Source of the DNA: Pristiophorus japonicus | Taxonomy: Eukaryota | DNA: 64,000 bases | NCBI RefSeq assembly: GCF_044704955.1 | Contig: NC_091984.1 | Coordinates: 143,654,001 to 143,718,000, forward strand | Direction: 5' to 3' | Shown: positions 12,822 through 24,204 of the stretch, in pieces | How the letters are laid out: every line of letters begins with the position of its first letter | Numbering within the stretch: position 1 is the first letter of the stretch | Made by a program: the position numbers and the translations under genes | The notes under the pieces: generated by a model | What the model saw: only the letters and a program-made list of their open reading frames with translations | The model's database searches: none | Told to the model about the DNA's origin: nothing

Positions 12822-14197
12822 AGCAAATGTAATGCCCCTATTTAAAAAAGGAGGCAGACAGAAAGCAGGAAACTATAGACCAGTTCGCCTAACATCTGTC
12901 GTTGGGAAAATGCTGGAGTCCATTATTAAAGAAGCAATAGCAGGACATTTGGAAAAGCATACTTCAATCAAGCAGAGTCAGCATGGTTTTATGAAAGGGA
13001 AATCATGTTTGACACATTTGTTGGAATTCTTTGAGGATGTAACAAGCAGGGTGGATAAAGGGGAAACAGTGGATGTGGTGTATTTGGATTTCCAGAAGGC
13101 ATTTGATAAGGTGCCACATAAAAGACACAAGATAAAAGTTCACGGGGTTGGGGGTAATATATTAGCATGGATAGAGGATTGGCTAACTAACAGAAAACAG
13201 GGAGTCAGGATAAATGGGTCATTTTCCCTTTGGCAAACAGTAACTAATGAGGTGCCACAGGGATCAATGCTGGGGCCTCAATTATTTACAATCTCTATTA
13301 ATGACAAAGGGACCGAGTGTAAAGTAACCAAGTTTGCTGGGAGGACAGAGGCACCAACATTATTGTCCTCGAACAGGCCAACATCCCCAGTATTGAAGCA
13401 CTGACCACACTTGATCAGCTCCGCTGGGCAGGCCACATTGTCCACATGCCAGACATGAGACTCCCAAAGCAAACGCTCTCCTCGGAACTCCTTCGCGGCA
13501 AACAAGCCAAAGGTGGGCAGAGGAATGTTACAAGGACACACTAAAAGCCTCCCTGATAACGTGCAACATCCCCACTGACACCTGGGAGTCCCTGGCCAAA
13601 GACCTCCCTAAGTGGAGGAAGTGTATCCTGGAGGGCGCTGAGCACCTCAAGTCTCATCGCCGAGAGCATGCAGAACCCAAGCACAGGCAATGGAAGGAAC
13701 ACGCGTAAACCTGTCCCACCCTCCCTTACCCTCAACAACTATATGTCCCACCTGTGGCAGGGACTGTGGTTCTCGTATTGGACTGTTCAGCCACCTAAGG
13801 ACTCATTCTACGAGTGGAAGCAAGTCTTCCTCGATTCCGAGGGACTGCCTATGATGATGGGTGGGAAAGCAAATTGTGAGGAGGATACAAAAAATCTGCA
13901 AAAGGGATATAGACAGGCAAAATGAGTGGGCAAAACGTTGGGAGATGGAGTATATTGTGGGAAAATGTGATGTAATCCACTTTGGCAGGAAAGCAATTTA
14001 TTTTTTAATTGGAGAAAAATTGCAAACTGTTGCAGTACAGAGGGACCTGGGTGTCCTGGTGCATGAAACACAAAAAGTTAGTATGCGGGTACAACAAGTG
14101 AACAGGAAGGAAAATGGAATATTAGCCTTTACTGTAAGGGGGATGGAGTATAAAAGTAGGGAAGTCCTGCTACATCTGTACAGGGTATTGGTGAGAC
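12822..14197 (+). mobile_element. CR1 RT fragment interrupted by an RTE element
   Basis: NYRPV.LTS, QHGF, YLDFQKAFDKVPH and PQGS motifs; the RT resumes after ~13857. Confidence 0.88.
13340..13857 (+). mobile_element. RTE-clade LINE 3' end inserted in CR1
   Basis: QLRWAGHIV.M...LPKQ-type RTE C-terminus, zinc-finger-like CPTCGRDC and an (ATG)n tail. Confidence 0.75.
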
Positions 14198-14374
14198 CCC
14201 CTGAGAACCCCCCCCGATCGTCCAGATTCCCTCCCGTTCCCACAAGGTCAGCCCCCGATCACTCCCCTTGGTCTACCCCCCACTTCCCAACCCTCCTCCC
14301 CCCAACCCCCTAACGACCCCCGACTCCCCCAGGAGCTGGAGCATCACCGCGGAGCTCTCCTCAGGCCGACATAA

Positions 14375-14815
14375 CAGTGCTGGATAACATTCACTAACAC
14401 ACACACACACACCTACAGACAGTGCTGGGTAACAGTCACACACGCACACACCTACAGGCGGTGCTGGGTAACAGTCTCACACATACACTCACACACACTC
14501 TCACACCTACAGGCGGTGCTGGGTAACAGTCACACACACACACACGTACACAGACAGTGCTGGGTAACAGTCACACACAGAGACACACACCTACANNNNN
14601 NNNNNNNNNNNNNNNNNNNNNNNNNNNNNNNNNNNNNNNNNNNNNNNNNNNNNNNNNNNNNNNNNNNNNNNNNNNNNNNNNNNNNNNNNNNNNNNNNNNN
14701 NNNNNNNNNNNNNNNNNNNNNNNNNNNNNNNNNNNNNNNNNNNNNNNNNNNNNCAGTCACACACACACAACACACACACACACCTACAGGCGGTGCTGGG
14801 TAAGCCACACTAACA
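14375..14815. repeat. (CA)n-containing tandem repeat (CCTACAGGCGGTGCTGGGTAACAGT(CA)n) spanning an assembly gap
   Basis: Units lie on both sides of the 158-N gap at 14596-14753. Confidence 0.85.
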
Positions 14816-15310
14816 CTCAGGGACATGTACACGGTGATACACTGACTGCTCCTCTCCCTAAGCTGAGGCCTCACTCGGTACAGTTTTGTGCTGCTGCCAC
14901 GAGCCACACGTTAAGGAGAGAGAATGCAACGTTGTGACTGGGGCCTCCTGCCCCCAGATTGCCCCCAGCAGTCAGCACAGAGTGCACAGTGCGATCCCAC
15001 CATCGGGGGCTGCCCCAACACCCCCAGTGTGCTGAGTGAGAGCCAATGCTCAGCCTGGGAGGGTTTAACCCCAGCAGCTTTTAGTGTCTCTGTGTTTAAT
15101 CTTGTGCACTCCAGGGGTTCAAGGTCAAATTGGTCGTTTTAAAATGATTGAAAAATTGGCTTTGAATCAAATCTCCTGCTGATGTGCCATTGCTTGACAG
15201 CCACCCCAGCCAATCAGGACAGACACTTACTGAAATGCAGCCAATCCAGCTGAGGGGGAGGTGGGACATTTCCAAAGCACTCGCCAGACACAGACAGAAT
15301 ATTCTTCACG

Positions 15311-15316
15311 TTTATT
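15311..15316 (-). terminator. Candidate polyadenylation signal of the Ig light-chain mRNA
   Basis: AATAAA on the minus strand followed by a GT-rich element (TCTGTCTGTGTCTGG); a second AATAAA lies at 15406-15411. Confidence 0.6.
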
Positions 15317-15828
15317 GTCTTTTACAGATACACATTTACAGAAACAAGACTTGAATAAACAGCCCAGCGAGAGCGAGCTGGAGACATTCACAGGGAGAAT
15401 GCAGCTTTATTAAAACAGTTGTGGAGCCGTGAGAATCCTGTTCCTTTAAACGGGGACAAAACCTTGAATTGTAACAGCAGGGTGAGCAGGGAGGGGGTCT
15501 GCTTACTGAAGCGGCACTTCGCAGTTTAACATTAGTTTTACTCTGCTGACAGTCTTCAGCATCTTCGAGAGGTTTTACTTGGCAGCACGAGTCAACACTG
15601 CCCCATCAAACACTCCCAGGGCAGGTACAGCACAGGTTCGATACAGAGTAAAGCTCCCTTGACACTGCCCCAATAAAGTACCTTACCCCCTGACCCTCAG
15701 ATGTTTTCCCTGACCCAGTCCCGAGAAGGAAGAGAGTAGAAATGAAGTGCTAAAGTGACCTTTGCCCTCCCGGCTCACCCCCTGTTCTATTTAAAGTTGC
15801 GTCTCCCCCCCGGACTGTCCCTGACACA

Positions 15829-16157
15829 CTACGCACATTCTGCTCTCCTGACTCCCTTGCTGAGGGGAGAGGAGAGGCTCTCGTGGGTGAGGCTGCAGGA
15901 GAAGCTGGCGTTGGACTCCCAGTCGGAGCCAGAGAGGGTCAGCAGGCTGCTGACACTGTAGGTGTTGTCCGAAGCTCGCAGGTAGTCGCTGGTCTGGACC
16001 CCGGCCGAAATGGTCGCCCCGTCCTTCTTCCACTCCACCTCCACCGCATCGGGGTAGAAGTGATCGGCGAGGCACACCAGGGTGGCAGTGCCCTTGGTCG
16101 TGACCTCCTCCGGGGAGGGGGGCAGCAGGGTCAGCGTGGGTTGTGTCTTCCCTCGGC
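15829..16157 (-). CDS. IGKC: Immunoglobulin kappa-type light-chain constant exon
   Basis: Acceptor TCCCTTTCAG, phase-compatible with J. Reads (S)RGKTQPTLTLLPPSPEEVTTKGTATLVCLADHFYPDAVEVEWKKDG...YSVSSLLTLS..W...FSCSLTHESLSSPLSKGVRRAECA*: both C1 cysteines, the Trp and the penultimate interchain Cys are present. Confidence 0.96.
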
Positions 16158-16401
16158 CTGAAAGGGAGGAGAAGGATGTTTAATAGGTGTATATTAGTGT
16201 GTGTGTGTGTGTGTGTGTGTCACTGTGGGTGTTTCCGTGTGGGGATAATTCACATCTGATAACGGAGAGCTGGGTTAATGAACTCCTGGCTGGCGATTAA
16301 CCATTAGAGGGGAGCAACACTAATTCTTAATCTTATTTTCCTCGCTTGATAAGTTGAATCGAAATATAAATGCATTTGATGTTAAGGTGATTAAAAAAGA
16401 G

Positions 16402-16844
16402 TCTTGCATTTATATAGCGCCTTTCACAACCACCGGACATCTCAAAGCACTTTACAGCCAATGAAGTACAGTCACTGTTGTAATGTGGTAAACACAGCAG
16501 CCAATCTGCGCACTGCAAGCTCCCACAAACAGCGATGTGATAACGACCTGATAATCTGTTCTTTTGTCATGTTGGTTGAGGGGTAAATATTGACCAGGAC
16601 ACGGGGAGAACTCCCCTGCTCATCTTCGAAATAGTGGCATGGGATCTATTACATCCACCTGAGAGGGCAGACGGGGCCTTGGTTTAATGTCTCATCCGAA
16701 CGACGGCACCTTCGACAGTGCAGCGCTCCCTTAACACTGCACTGAACTGTCAGCTTAGATTTTTGTGCTCAAGTCCCTGGAGTGGGACTTGAACCCATTA
16801 CCTTCTGACTCAGAGGCAAGAGTGCAACGCACTGAGCCACGGCT
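16402..16844 (-). mobile_element. Full-length tRNA-derived Deu-domain SINE (SacSINE1-like)
   Basis: A box TGGCTCAGTG, B box GGTTCAAGTCC, Deu core and L2-type tail GGCGCTATATAAATGCAAG. Confidence 0.82.
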
Positions 16845-17399
16845 GGTACTCAAAATCATATTGGACTGTTGTATAAACATCTGCAGTGCAGGGTTGGCAC
16901 CCATTCAGCATTGAAATGGTTAACAGTAAGAGTCGGTAAAGACTGAGTGTCCCGTTAAGACACTGTTCACTGGCAGGAAGCTCGAACTGTAGATGGGTGG
17001 ATACAGGGGAAACAGGCTCAGCAGTGAGAAAGCTCAGATCACACACAGATCGGGAGAACTTTATCCGGGAACATTGCGGCACACTTGTATAAACACACTT
17101 CAGCAAGGCTTCATGTTGGGTGTCGGTGTAGAAGCTTCTAGATTGCATTTAAAAGCTTGCTGCCCAGCACCGCGGTGAGGTCAAGGGTGAGGCTACAATT
17201 AGCCTCAGTTTACCGGGGTCAGGCAGGGTCACTGCTCCCAATGATCCCGTGACCTCCTGGAAGGTCAGAGTGCGCGGACAATGGGCGAGGGTCAGAATCA
17301 GGGCCCTCCCACTTCAATGAAAGAAAGCCTTGAATTTATATAGCGTCTTTCACAACCTCAGGACGTCCCAAGGTGCTTTACAACCAATTTGCACACAGG

Positions 17400-17765
17400 C
17401 AGATTTACGAGGATGTTGCCTGGACTGGAAAATTTTAACCATGAGGAAAGATTGGATAGGCTGGGGGTGTTTTCCATGGAACTGAGGAGGCTGGGGGAAA
17501 CCTCATTGAGGTGTATAAAATTATGAGGGGCCGAGATAGAGTGGATAGGAAGGCTCTATTTCCCTGAGCAGAGGGGTCAACAACCAGGGGGCATAGATTT
17601 AAAGTAATTGGTGGAAGGTTTGGAGGGTATTTGAGGGGAAATATCTTCACCCAGAGGACGGTGGGGGTCTGGAACCCACTGCCTGAAAGGGTGGTAGAGG
17701 CAGAAACCCTCACCACATTTAAGAAGTACTTGGATGTACACTTGAAGTGCCGTAACCTACAAGGC
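17400..17765 (+). mobile_element. CR1 3' fragment
   Basis: Homologous to the 10960-11310 copy. Confidence 0.82.
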
Positions 17766-17985
17766 TCAGTCTCTGGGCTCACACTGAGACAATGAGCCCA
17801 CTTGGGGAGCTCAGTCTCTGGGCTCACACTGGGGCAATGAGCCCACTTGGGGAGCTCAGTCTCTGGGCTCACACTGGGACAGTGAGCCCACTTGGGGAGC
17901 TCAGTCTCTGGGCTCACACTGGGACTATGAGCCCATTTGGGGAGCTCAGTCTCTGGGCTCACACTGGGACAGTGAGCCCACGTGG
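17763..17985. repeat. 45-bp minisatellite with an internal hairpin, about 5 units
   Basis: Unit GAGCCCACTTGGGGAGCTCAGTCTCTGGGCTCACACTGGGACAGT. Confidence 0.92.
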
Positions 17986-18183
17986 GGAGGGGAGCTGTGC
18001 CCCAGCCAGAGGTAGTGCCTTCAGGAGTGAGATGGGGAGCAGAACACGGGCAGCCTGTGGTGTAGAGGGGAGACATTTCACCGGCCGAGGGCAGGTGCTG
18101 AGCCCATTTACCTGCAAGAATTTGGTAAGTGGATGGGGAAAGTGGGCCGGGCACTGAGGTAACGTCCTGTGTTACTGGTGGAA

Positions 18184-18472
18184 TTGGTCATTTTAAACAT
18201 GGCATCTTCCCATTCTCCCTGCCACATGTCTCCATGGTTGGTTTTGCAGAACCTTACAGTCCCCCGTTAAAACACTCTGTCTCAGGATGTTCTCAAAATG
18301 TGAAGCAAAACCTTTTCCCTCTCACAGAGCCAATCTTCCCCAAATCTTACCTAAACCCACGATAAAACATTAAAATACACCAATGGTATTCATACATTTG
18401 GAATCAATACAATACTGAAAATGTAAAAATGTTTCTCACCAATACCCTTCACCAAATTCATTATAGTACATA
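18184..18472 (-). mobile_element. LTR-element remnant: 3' internal region, PPT and the first ~75 bp of the LTR
   Basis: Minus strand reads ...TTAACGGGGGAC|TGTAAGGTTCTGC; the LTR start matches the plus-strand LTR at 18473. Confidence 0.6.
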
Positions 18473-21400
18473 TGTCAGGTTCTGCGAAACCAACCACGGA
18501 AACATGTGGCAGGGAGAATGGGAAGATGCCATGTTTAAAATGACCAACTGCAGCCAACAGCCTGTAAACCGCGGAGGATGATGGGACTCTGGCCACCCTG
18601 TACAGTAACAGACCATGTTGCATGGGCACGGAACTGGACGGGGGATGAGCCAGCTACCATGGGGGGAGAGGAGTGTACATTTGGTTCTTCCAGGAAAATG
18701 GATACAAGGCAACTTTATATTTTGAAAGGACATTTCTCCAGCTTTTTGTGTAAAAACCTCACTGAAGAGGCAACATGTCCAGGCAAAATCTCCCCAGTAA
18801 TACACAAGGCAACAGAATGGGTATCATTTGAATAATTAAACAAAGGCCCACAGGTCTGATGCAATCATTTTGGCCAGCTCAGACAGAGTGGCACATCTGT
18901 CGAGATAGTTAACAATCATCTTCATTCACCCCATCAGCGAGCGACAGGATACAGGAGGTGTGGCTAATCTCCCATTCCAGACAGATCGATACACATCGAA
19001 CTGCCATTCACACCCCATTTTATTCAAGGAAGACCCAAGACAATGGCACGAAGATGAACGGACGATACGAAAAGCTGCAAAAACACACAAGGGTTGTTGG
19101 AGGTTGGGGTCGGAGATTGGAGGTGTTAGAGGTTGGGGGTTGGAGGTTGGAGGTTTTAGATGTTGGAGGTTGGAGGTTGGAGTCAGCTTTTGCATTGAGT
19201 TGTAGAGTTGAGTTAAGAAGGTGGGAGTCAGTTTTCGTTGTGGATAAGTTGAGTTAAAGGGGAGTTGAGTCAGCTCTTCACAGGGCCCTCGCTCTGGGGA
19301 AAGTGTGCTTAACTCCAGCAGCTTTTTGCTTAGGAGGGCATCAAACAGTAAATTAGGGGTGCATGCAATAAAGGTGCAGCAATTATCATGGGTGACTTTG
19401 AAATGCATATAGATTGGGCTAACCAAACTGGAAGCAATACGGTGGAGGAGGATTTCCTGGAGTGCATAAGGGATGGTTTTCTAGACCAATATGTCGAGGA
19501 ACCAACGAGGGGGAAGGCCATCTTAGACTGGGTGTTGTGTAATGAGAGAGGATTAATTAGCAATCTCGTTGTGCGAGGCCCCTTGGGGAAGAGTGACCAT
19601 AATTTGGTGGAATTCTACATTAGGATGGAGAATGAAACAATTAATTCAGAGACCATGGTCCAGAACTTAAAGAAGGGTAACTTTGAAGGTATGAGGCGTG
19701 AATTGGCTAGGATAGATTGGCGAATGATACTTAATGGGTTGATAGTGGATGGACAATGGCAGACATTTAGAGACCGCATGGATGAACGACAGCAATTATA
19801 CATCCCTGTCTGGCGTAACAATAAAAAAGGGAAGGTGGCTCAACCGTGGCTATCTAGGGAATTCAGGGGCAGTATTAAAGCCAAGGAAGTGGCATACAAA
19901 TTGGCCAGAAATAGCAGCGAACCCGGGGACTGGGAGAAATTTAGAACTCAGCAGAGGAGGACAAAGGGTTTGATTAGGGCAGGGAAAACAGAGTACGAGA
20001 GGAAGCTTGCAGGGAACATTAAGACGGACTGCAAAAGCTTCAATAGATATGTAAAGAGAAAAAGGTTAGCAAAGACAAACGTAGGTCCCCTGCAGTCAGA
20101 ATCAGGGGAAGTCATAACTGGGAACAAAGAAATGGCAGACCAATTGAACCAAGTATTTTGGTTCGTTAATCACTAAGGAGGACACAAACAACCTTCCGGA
20201 TATAAAAGGGGTCAGAGGGTCTAGTAAGAAGAAGGAACTGAGGGAAATCCTTATTCGTCGGGAAATTGTGTTGGGAAAATTGATGGGATTGAAGGCCGAT
20301 AAATCCCCAAGGTCTGATGGTCTGCATCCCAGAGTACTTAAGGAGGTGGCCTTGGAAATAGCGGATGCATTGACAGTCATTTTCCAACATTCCATAGACC
20401 TGGATCAGTTCCTATGGAGTGGAGGGTAGCCAATGTAACCCCACTTTTTAAAAAAGGAAGAAAAGAGAAAACAGGGAATTATAGACTGATCAGCCTGGTA
20501 TCGGTAGTGGGTAAAATGATGGAATCAATTATTAAGGATGTCATAGCAGCGCATTTGGAAAGAGGTGACATGATAGGTCCAAGTCAGCATGGATTTGTGA
20601 AAGGGAAATCATGCTTGACAAATCTTCTGGAATTTTTTGAGGATGTTTCCAGTAGAGTGGACAAGGAGGAACCAGTTGATGTGGTGTATTTGGACTTTGA
20701 GAAGGCTTTCGACAAGGTCCCACACAAGAGATTAATGTGCAAAGTTAAAGCACGTGGGATTGGGGGTAGTGTGCTGACGTGGATTAAGAACTAGTTGGCA
20801 GACAGGAAGCAAAGAGTAGGAGTAAATGGGTACTTTTCAGAATGGCAGGCAGTGACTAGTGGGGTACCGCAAGGTTCTGTGCTGGGGCCCCAGCTGTTTA
20901 CATTGTACATTAATGATTTAGACGAGGGGATTAAATGTAGTATCTCCAAATTTTCGGATGACATTAAGTTGGGTAGCAGTGTGAGCTGCGAGGAGAATGC
21001 TATGAGGCTGCAGAGTGACTTGGATAGGTTTGTTGAATGGGCAAATCCATGGCAGATGAAGTATAATGTGGATAAATGTGAGGTTATCCACTTTGGTGGT
21101 AAAAACAGAGAGACAGACTATTATCTGAATGGTGACAGATTAGGAAAAGGGGAGGTGCAACGAGACCAGGGTGTCATGGTACGTCAGTCATTGAACGTTG
21201 GCATGCAGGTACAGCAGGCGGTTAAGAAAGCAAATGGCATGTTGGCCTTCATAGCGAGGGGATTTGAGTACAGGGGCAGGGAGGTGTTACTACAGTTGTA
21301 CAGGGCCTTGGTGAGGCCACACCTGGAGTATTGTGTACAGTTTTGGTCTCCTGGCTTGAGGAAGGACATTGTAGCGATTGAGGGAGTGCAGCGAAGGTTC

Positions 21401-22358
21401 AACAGACTGATTCCCGGGACTGACATATCAAGAAAGTCTGGATCAACTGGGCTTGTATTCACTGGAGTTCAGAAGAATGAGAGGGAATCTCATAGAAACA
21501 TTTAACATTCTGATGGGTTTAGACAGGTTTGATGCAGGAAGAATGTTCCCAATTTTGGGGAAGTCCAGAGCCAGAAGTCACAGTCTAAGGATAAGGGGTA
21601 AGCCATTTAGGACCGAAATGAGAAGAAACATCTTCACCCAGAGAGTGGTGAAGCTGTGTAATTCTCTGCCACAGAAAGTTGTTGAGGCCAATTCACTAAA
21701 TATATTCAAAAAGGAGTTAGATGTAGTCCTTACGACTAGGGGGATCAAGGGGTATGGCGAGAAAGCATGAATGGGGTACTGAAGTTGCATGTTCAGCCAT
21801 GAACTCATTGAATGGCGGTGCAGGCTCGAAGGGCCGAAGGGCCGACTCCTGCACCTATTTTCTACGTTTTTATGTTTCTATGAGCCAACCGAGAGGCAAC
21901 CGACGCAACATCGAGGAGGAAAACCGAACCGACCAACAACGTAAAACCCACTCCAGTGGGACCCCGAGCTGAAATAAGTGACCCCAGAACCCCAGAGTTG
22001 ATAGGATTGTGAGTGTAGCCCAAACCCCCTCACAGACACAATTTAGGACAGGAATTGGTAAGACGGGTGGAAGTGGGAGGTGGGGTTGTGTGTGGGTGGA
22101 ATGTTTCAACCTCTTATCTTCCCCTTCCCTGTTGCGAGAATTTTTTGTGTTGTTGAGTGAGATTGTGCCATTACTGCTATTTACGACCTCTTCCTATGCC
22201 CTCTATCTTTGTGTTTACTATTCTAAATAAACAACATAGCCATTTTGTACTCTTACCCACTGTGTCTGGTGCCTCGTTATTCACCCATCCTCATAAATCG
22301 CACGAACAGAACCTCAGGGGAGTGTGGATTCGAACCCACACCCCAAGCTCCCTTTACA
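18473..22358 (+). mobile_element. Long (~1.3 kb) LTR split by a CR1 insertion
   Basis: Begins TGTCAGG and ends CCCTTTACA, with AATAAA near 22225. The distal part shares motifs with the LTR at 36829-38359. Confidence 0.55.
19331..21882 (+). mobile_element. 5'-truncated CR1 LINE (APE end, RT, 3' UTR)
   Basis: ORFs 19388-20176, 20414-20794, 20795-21505 and 21453-21770; (TTTCTATG)-type tail. Confidence 0.93.
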
Positions 22359-22359
22359 C

Positions 22360-22552
22360 CTGCATTTATATAGCGCCTTTCACACCTGAGGATGTCCCAA
22401 AGTGCTTCACAGACAATGAAGTACATTTTTGAAGTGCAGTCACTGTTGTAATGTGGAAAACACAGCAACCAATTTGTGCACAGCAAGCTCCCACACACAT
22501 CAATGAGGTAATTGAGATTTTTAAGCGATGTAGGTTGCGGGATAAATATCGG
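22360..22552 (-). mobile_element. Deu-SINE 3' fragment
   Basis: Matches the tail of the 16402-16844 SINE. Confidence 0.7.
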
Positions 22553-23078
22553 CCTGAACTCGAGCTACAGAAACAGCAACTGAGAGTCTCCCCACAACCC
22601 TGGAGCACTGCAGCCGCCGGATTGCGAGCCCTGCTGCCCCTGTTTGTGATCAGAAGTTGGACAGGAGGTGAGCGGGGGCTGGACAAATCAGAGTTGGAGC
22701 TGGGGGAGGCGGGACCTCGGGAGTGTCAGTGTGCTGAGGCTGAGCTCAGTTATATCAGAGACTGTGACAGGAGCACAGACTGCCCCCAGCGAGCTCACTC
22801 ACTCACACCCACACTCTGCCCGTGTCTCACACACCGTGTCTGTCACACTGAGACAGGCAGGAGGCTCGGGAGCGATTTCCGGGGATGGTGCAGGGACGGG
22901 ACCGCGGTGTGTCAACGTCCAGATCTCCTCCACACGGTGGGTAACAGTTCGTTACTTATACTTTGCTGGGTGAAGGGGGAATGTGGGTCAAGGAATACAG
23001 CCGGGCTCCCTGTCATACACAGCACTCTTCAATTAACCCTTTCATTCACCGCAGCTCCCCACCACATTATATAACCCA

Positions 23079-23500
23079 TACAGAGGCATTGGAGAGGGTG
23101 CAGAGAAGGTTTACAAGGATGGGACCAGAAATGCGAGGGTGTACATATCAGGAAAGGATGAACAGGCTGGGGCTCTTTTCTCTTGAGGCTGAGGGGTGAC
23201 CTGATAGAGGTCTTTAACATTGGGAAAGGATTTGATAGAGTGGATACAGAGAGAGTGTTTCCACTTGTGGGGAAGAGCAGAACTAGAGGCCATCAATATA
23301 AGATAGTCAGCAAGAAATCCAATCGGGAATTCAGGAGAAAATTCTTTACCCAGCGAGTGGTGAGAATGTGGAGTTGGCTACCACAGGGAGTGATTGAAGT
23401 AAATAGTATCGATGTATTTAAGGGGAGGCTAGACAGCGATATGAGGGAGAAAGGAATAGAGGGTTATGCTGATAGATTTTAATGAGGAAAGATGGGAGGA
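23079..23500 (+). mobile_element. CR1 3' fragment
   Basis: LERVQRRFTRM...RGDLIEVF...FFTQRVVRMW. Confidence 0.85.
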
Positions 23501-23606
23501 TCAAGTGTAATCATACGTAAACTAACACCTTCGCATATTCAGCATTTGTGTCTTAGAAAGATTCAGTATTTAAAGTGTTAATAACGGAGCATTGGGGTTT
23601 ACTTAC

Positions 23607-23641
23607 TCAGTCTGAGCTTGGTTCCTTTACCGAACGTGAGC
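23607..23641 (-). CDS. IGKJ: Ig kappa-type J segment (LTFGKGTKLRL)
   Basis: FGxG motif, donor GTAAGT at 23606-23601, preceded by a 23-RSS. Confidence 0.95.
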
Positions 23642-23680
23642 CACAGTGACAGCTTCCAGTGCAGCGGCTGTACAATATCC
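23642..23680 (+). other. 23-bp-spacer recombination signal sequence of J
   Basis: Heptamer CACAGTG 23642-23648, 23-nt spacer, nonamer ACAATATCC 23672-23680 (7/9 consensus). Confidence 0.9.
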
Positions 23681-23689
23681 TCCGTCCCT

Positions 23690-23932
23690 GGCTCACTCAG
23701 TCTCTCTCCCCCTCTCTCTGTCTGTGTGTGTGTGTCTGCGTCTTTCTCAGCGTCTCACTCTCCCTCACTTTTTCTCTCTCTTTCTCACTCTCTCTCTCTC
23801 ACACATTCTGTTTCTCGCTGACTGCCTCTCACTCTTTCCCCCTCTCCCACTCCCCCTCCATCTCCCTCACTCCATCCCTCTCACTCTCTCTCTCTTTCAC
23901 TGTCCCTCATACTCTCCCTCCCTCTCACTCTG
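23690..23932. repeat. CT-rich low-complexity / microsatellite tract
   Basis: (CT)n and (GT)n runs. Confidence 0.85.
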
Positions 23933-24204
23933 TGACGAGTTATCTGTGGCAGTGCCCAGGAGAGTTGGGGATCCGACGTGTTTGGGACAAATCTCCCAGC
24001 TGCCCTTCCCGCCCCATCAGATGGTAACCCTGGGGCCACGGAATTGCTGGAGAATGAAAGTCCCCATCACACAGGGCTCACCTCTTTGTGCCCCTCGAAC
24101 AACGGGCTCCGTCAGCAAGCGAGATGTTTGTGTTGCTGACATCGGCCTTTCTCGGGGATCATTATAAAATAACGAGTTTCAGGGGCTTTAGAAATCTATT
24201 TCCT

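Noticed and set aside
14516-14937. ORFs spanning 14516-14937
   Set aside because: Artefacts of the 158-N gap and CA repeats
14860-15010. Kappa-deleting-element-like RSS downstream of C (CACAGTG at 14985)
   Set aside because: No nonamer at 12- or 23-bp spacing
18184-18547. MITE with 71-bp terminal inverted repeats
   Set aside because: No TSD; the arms are better explained as two opposed LTR starts, one preceded by a PPT
22451-23074. 207-aa ORF in the J-C intron
   Set aside because: Starts in a SINE, is antisense to the Ig gene and has no motif
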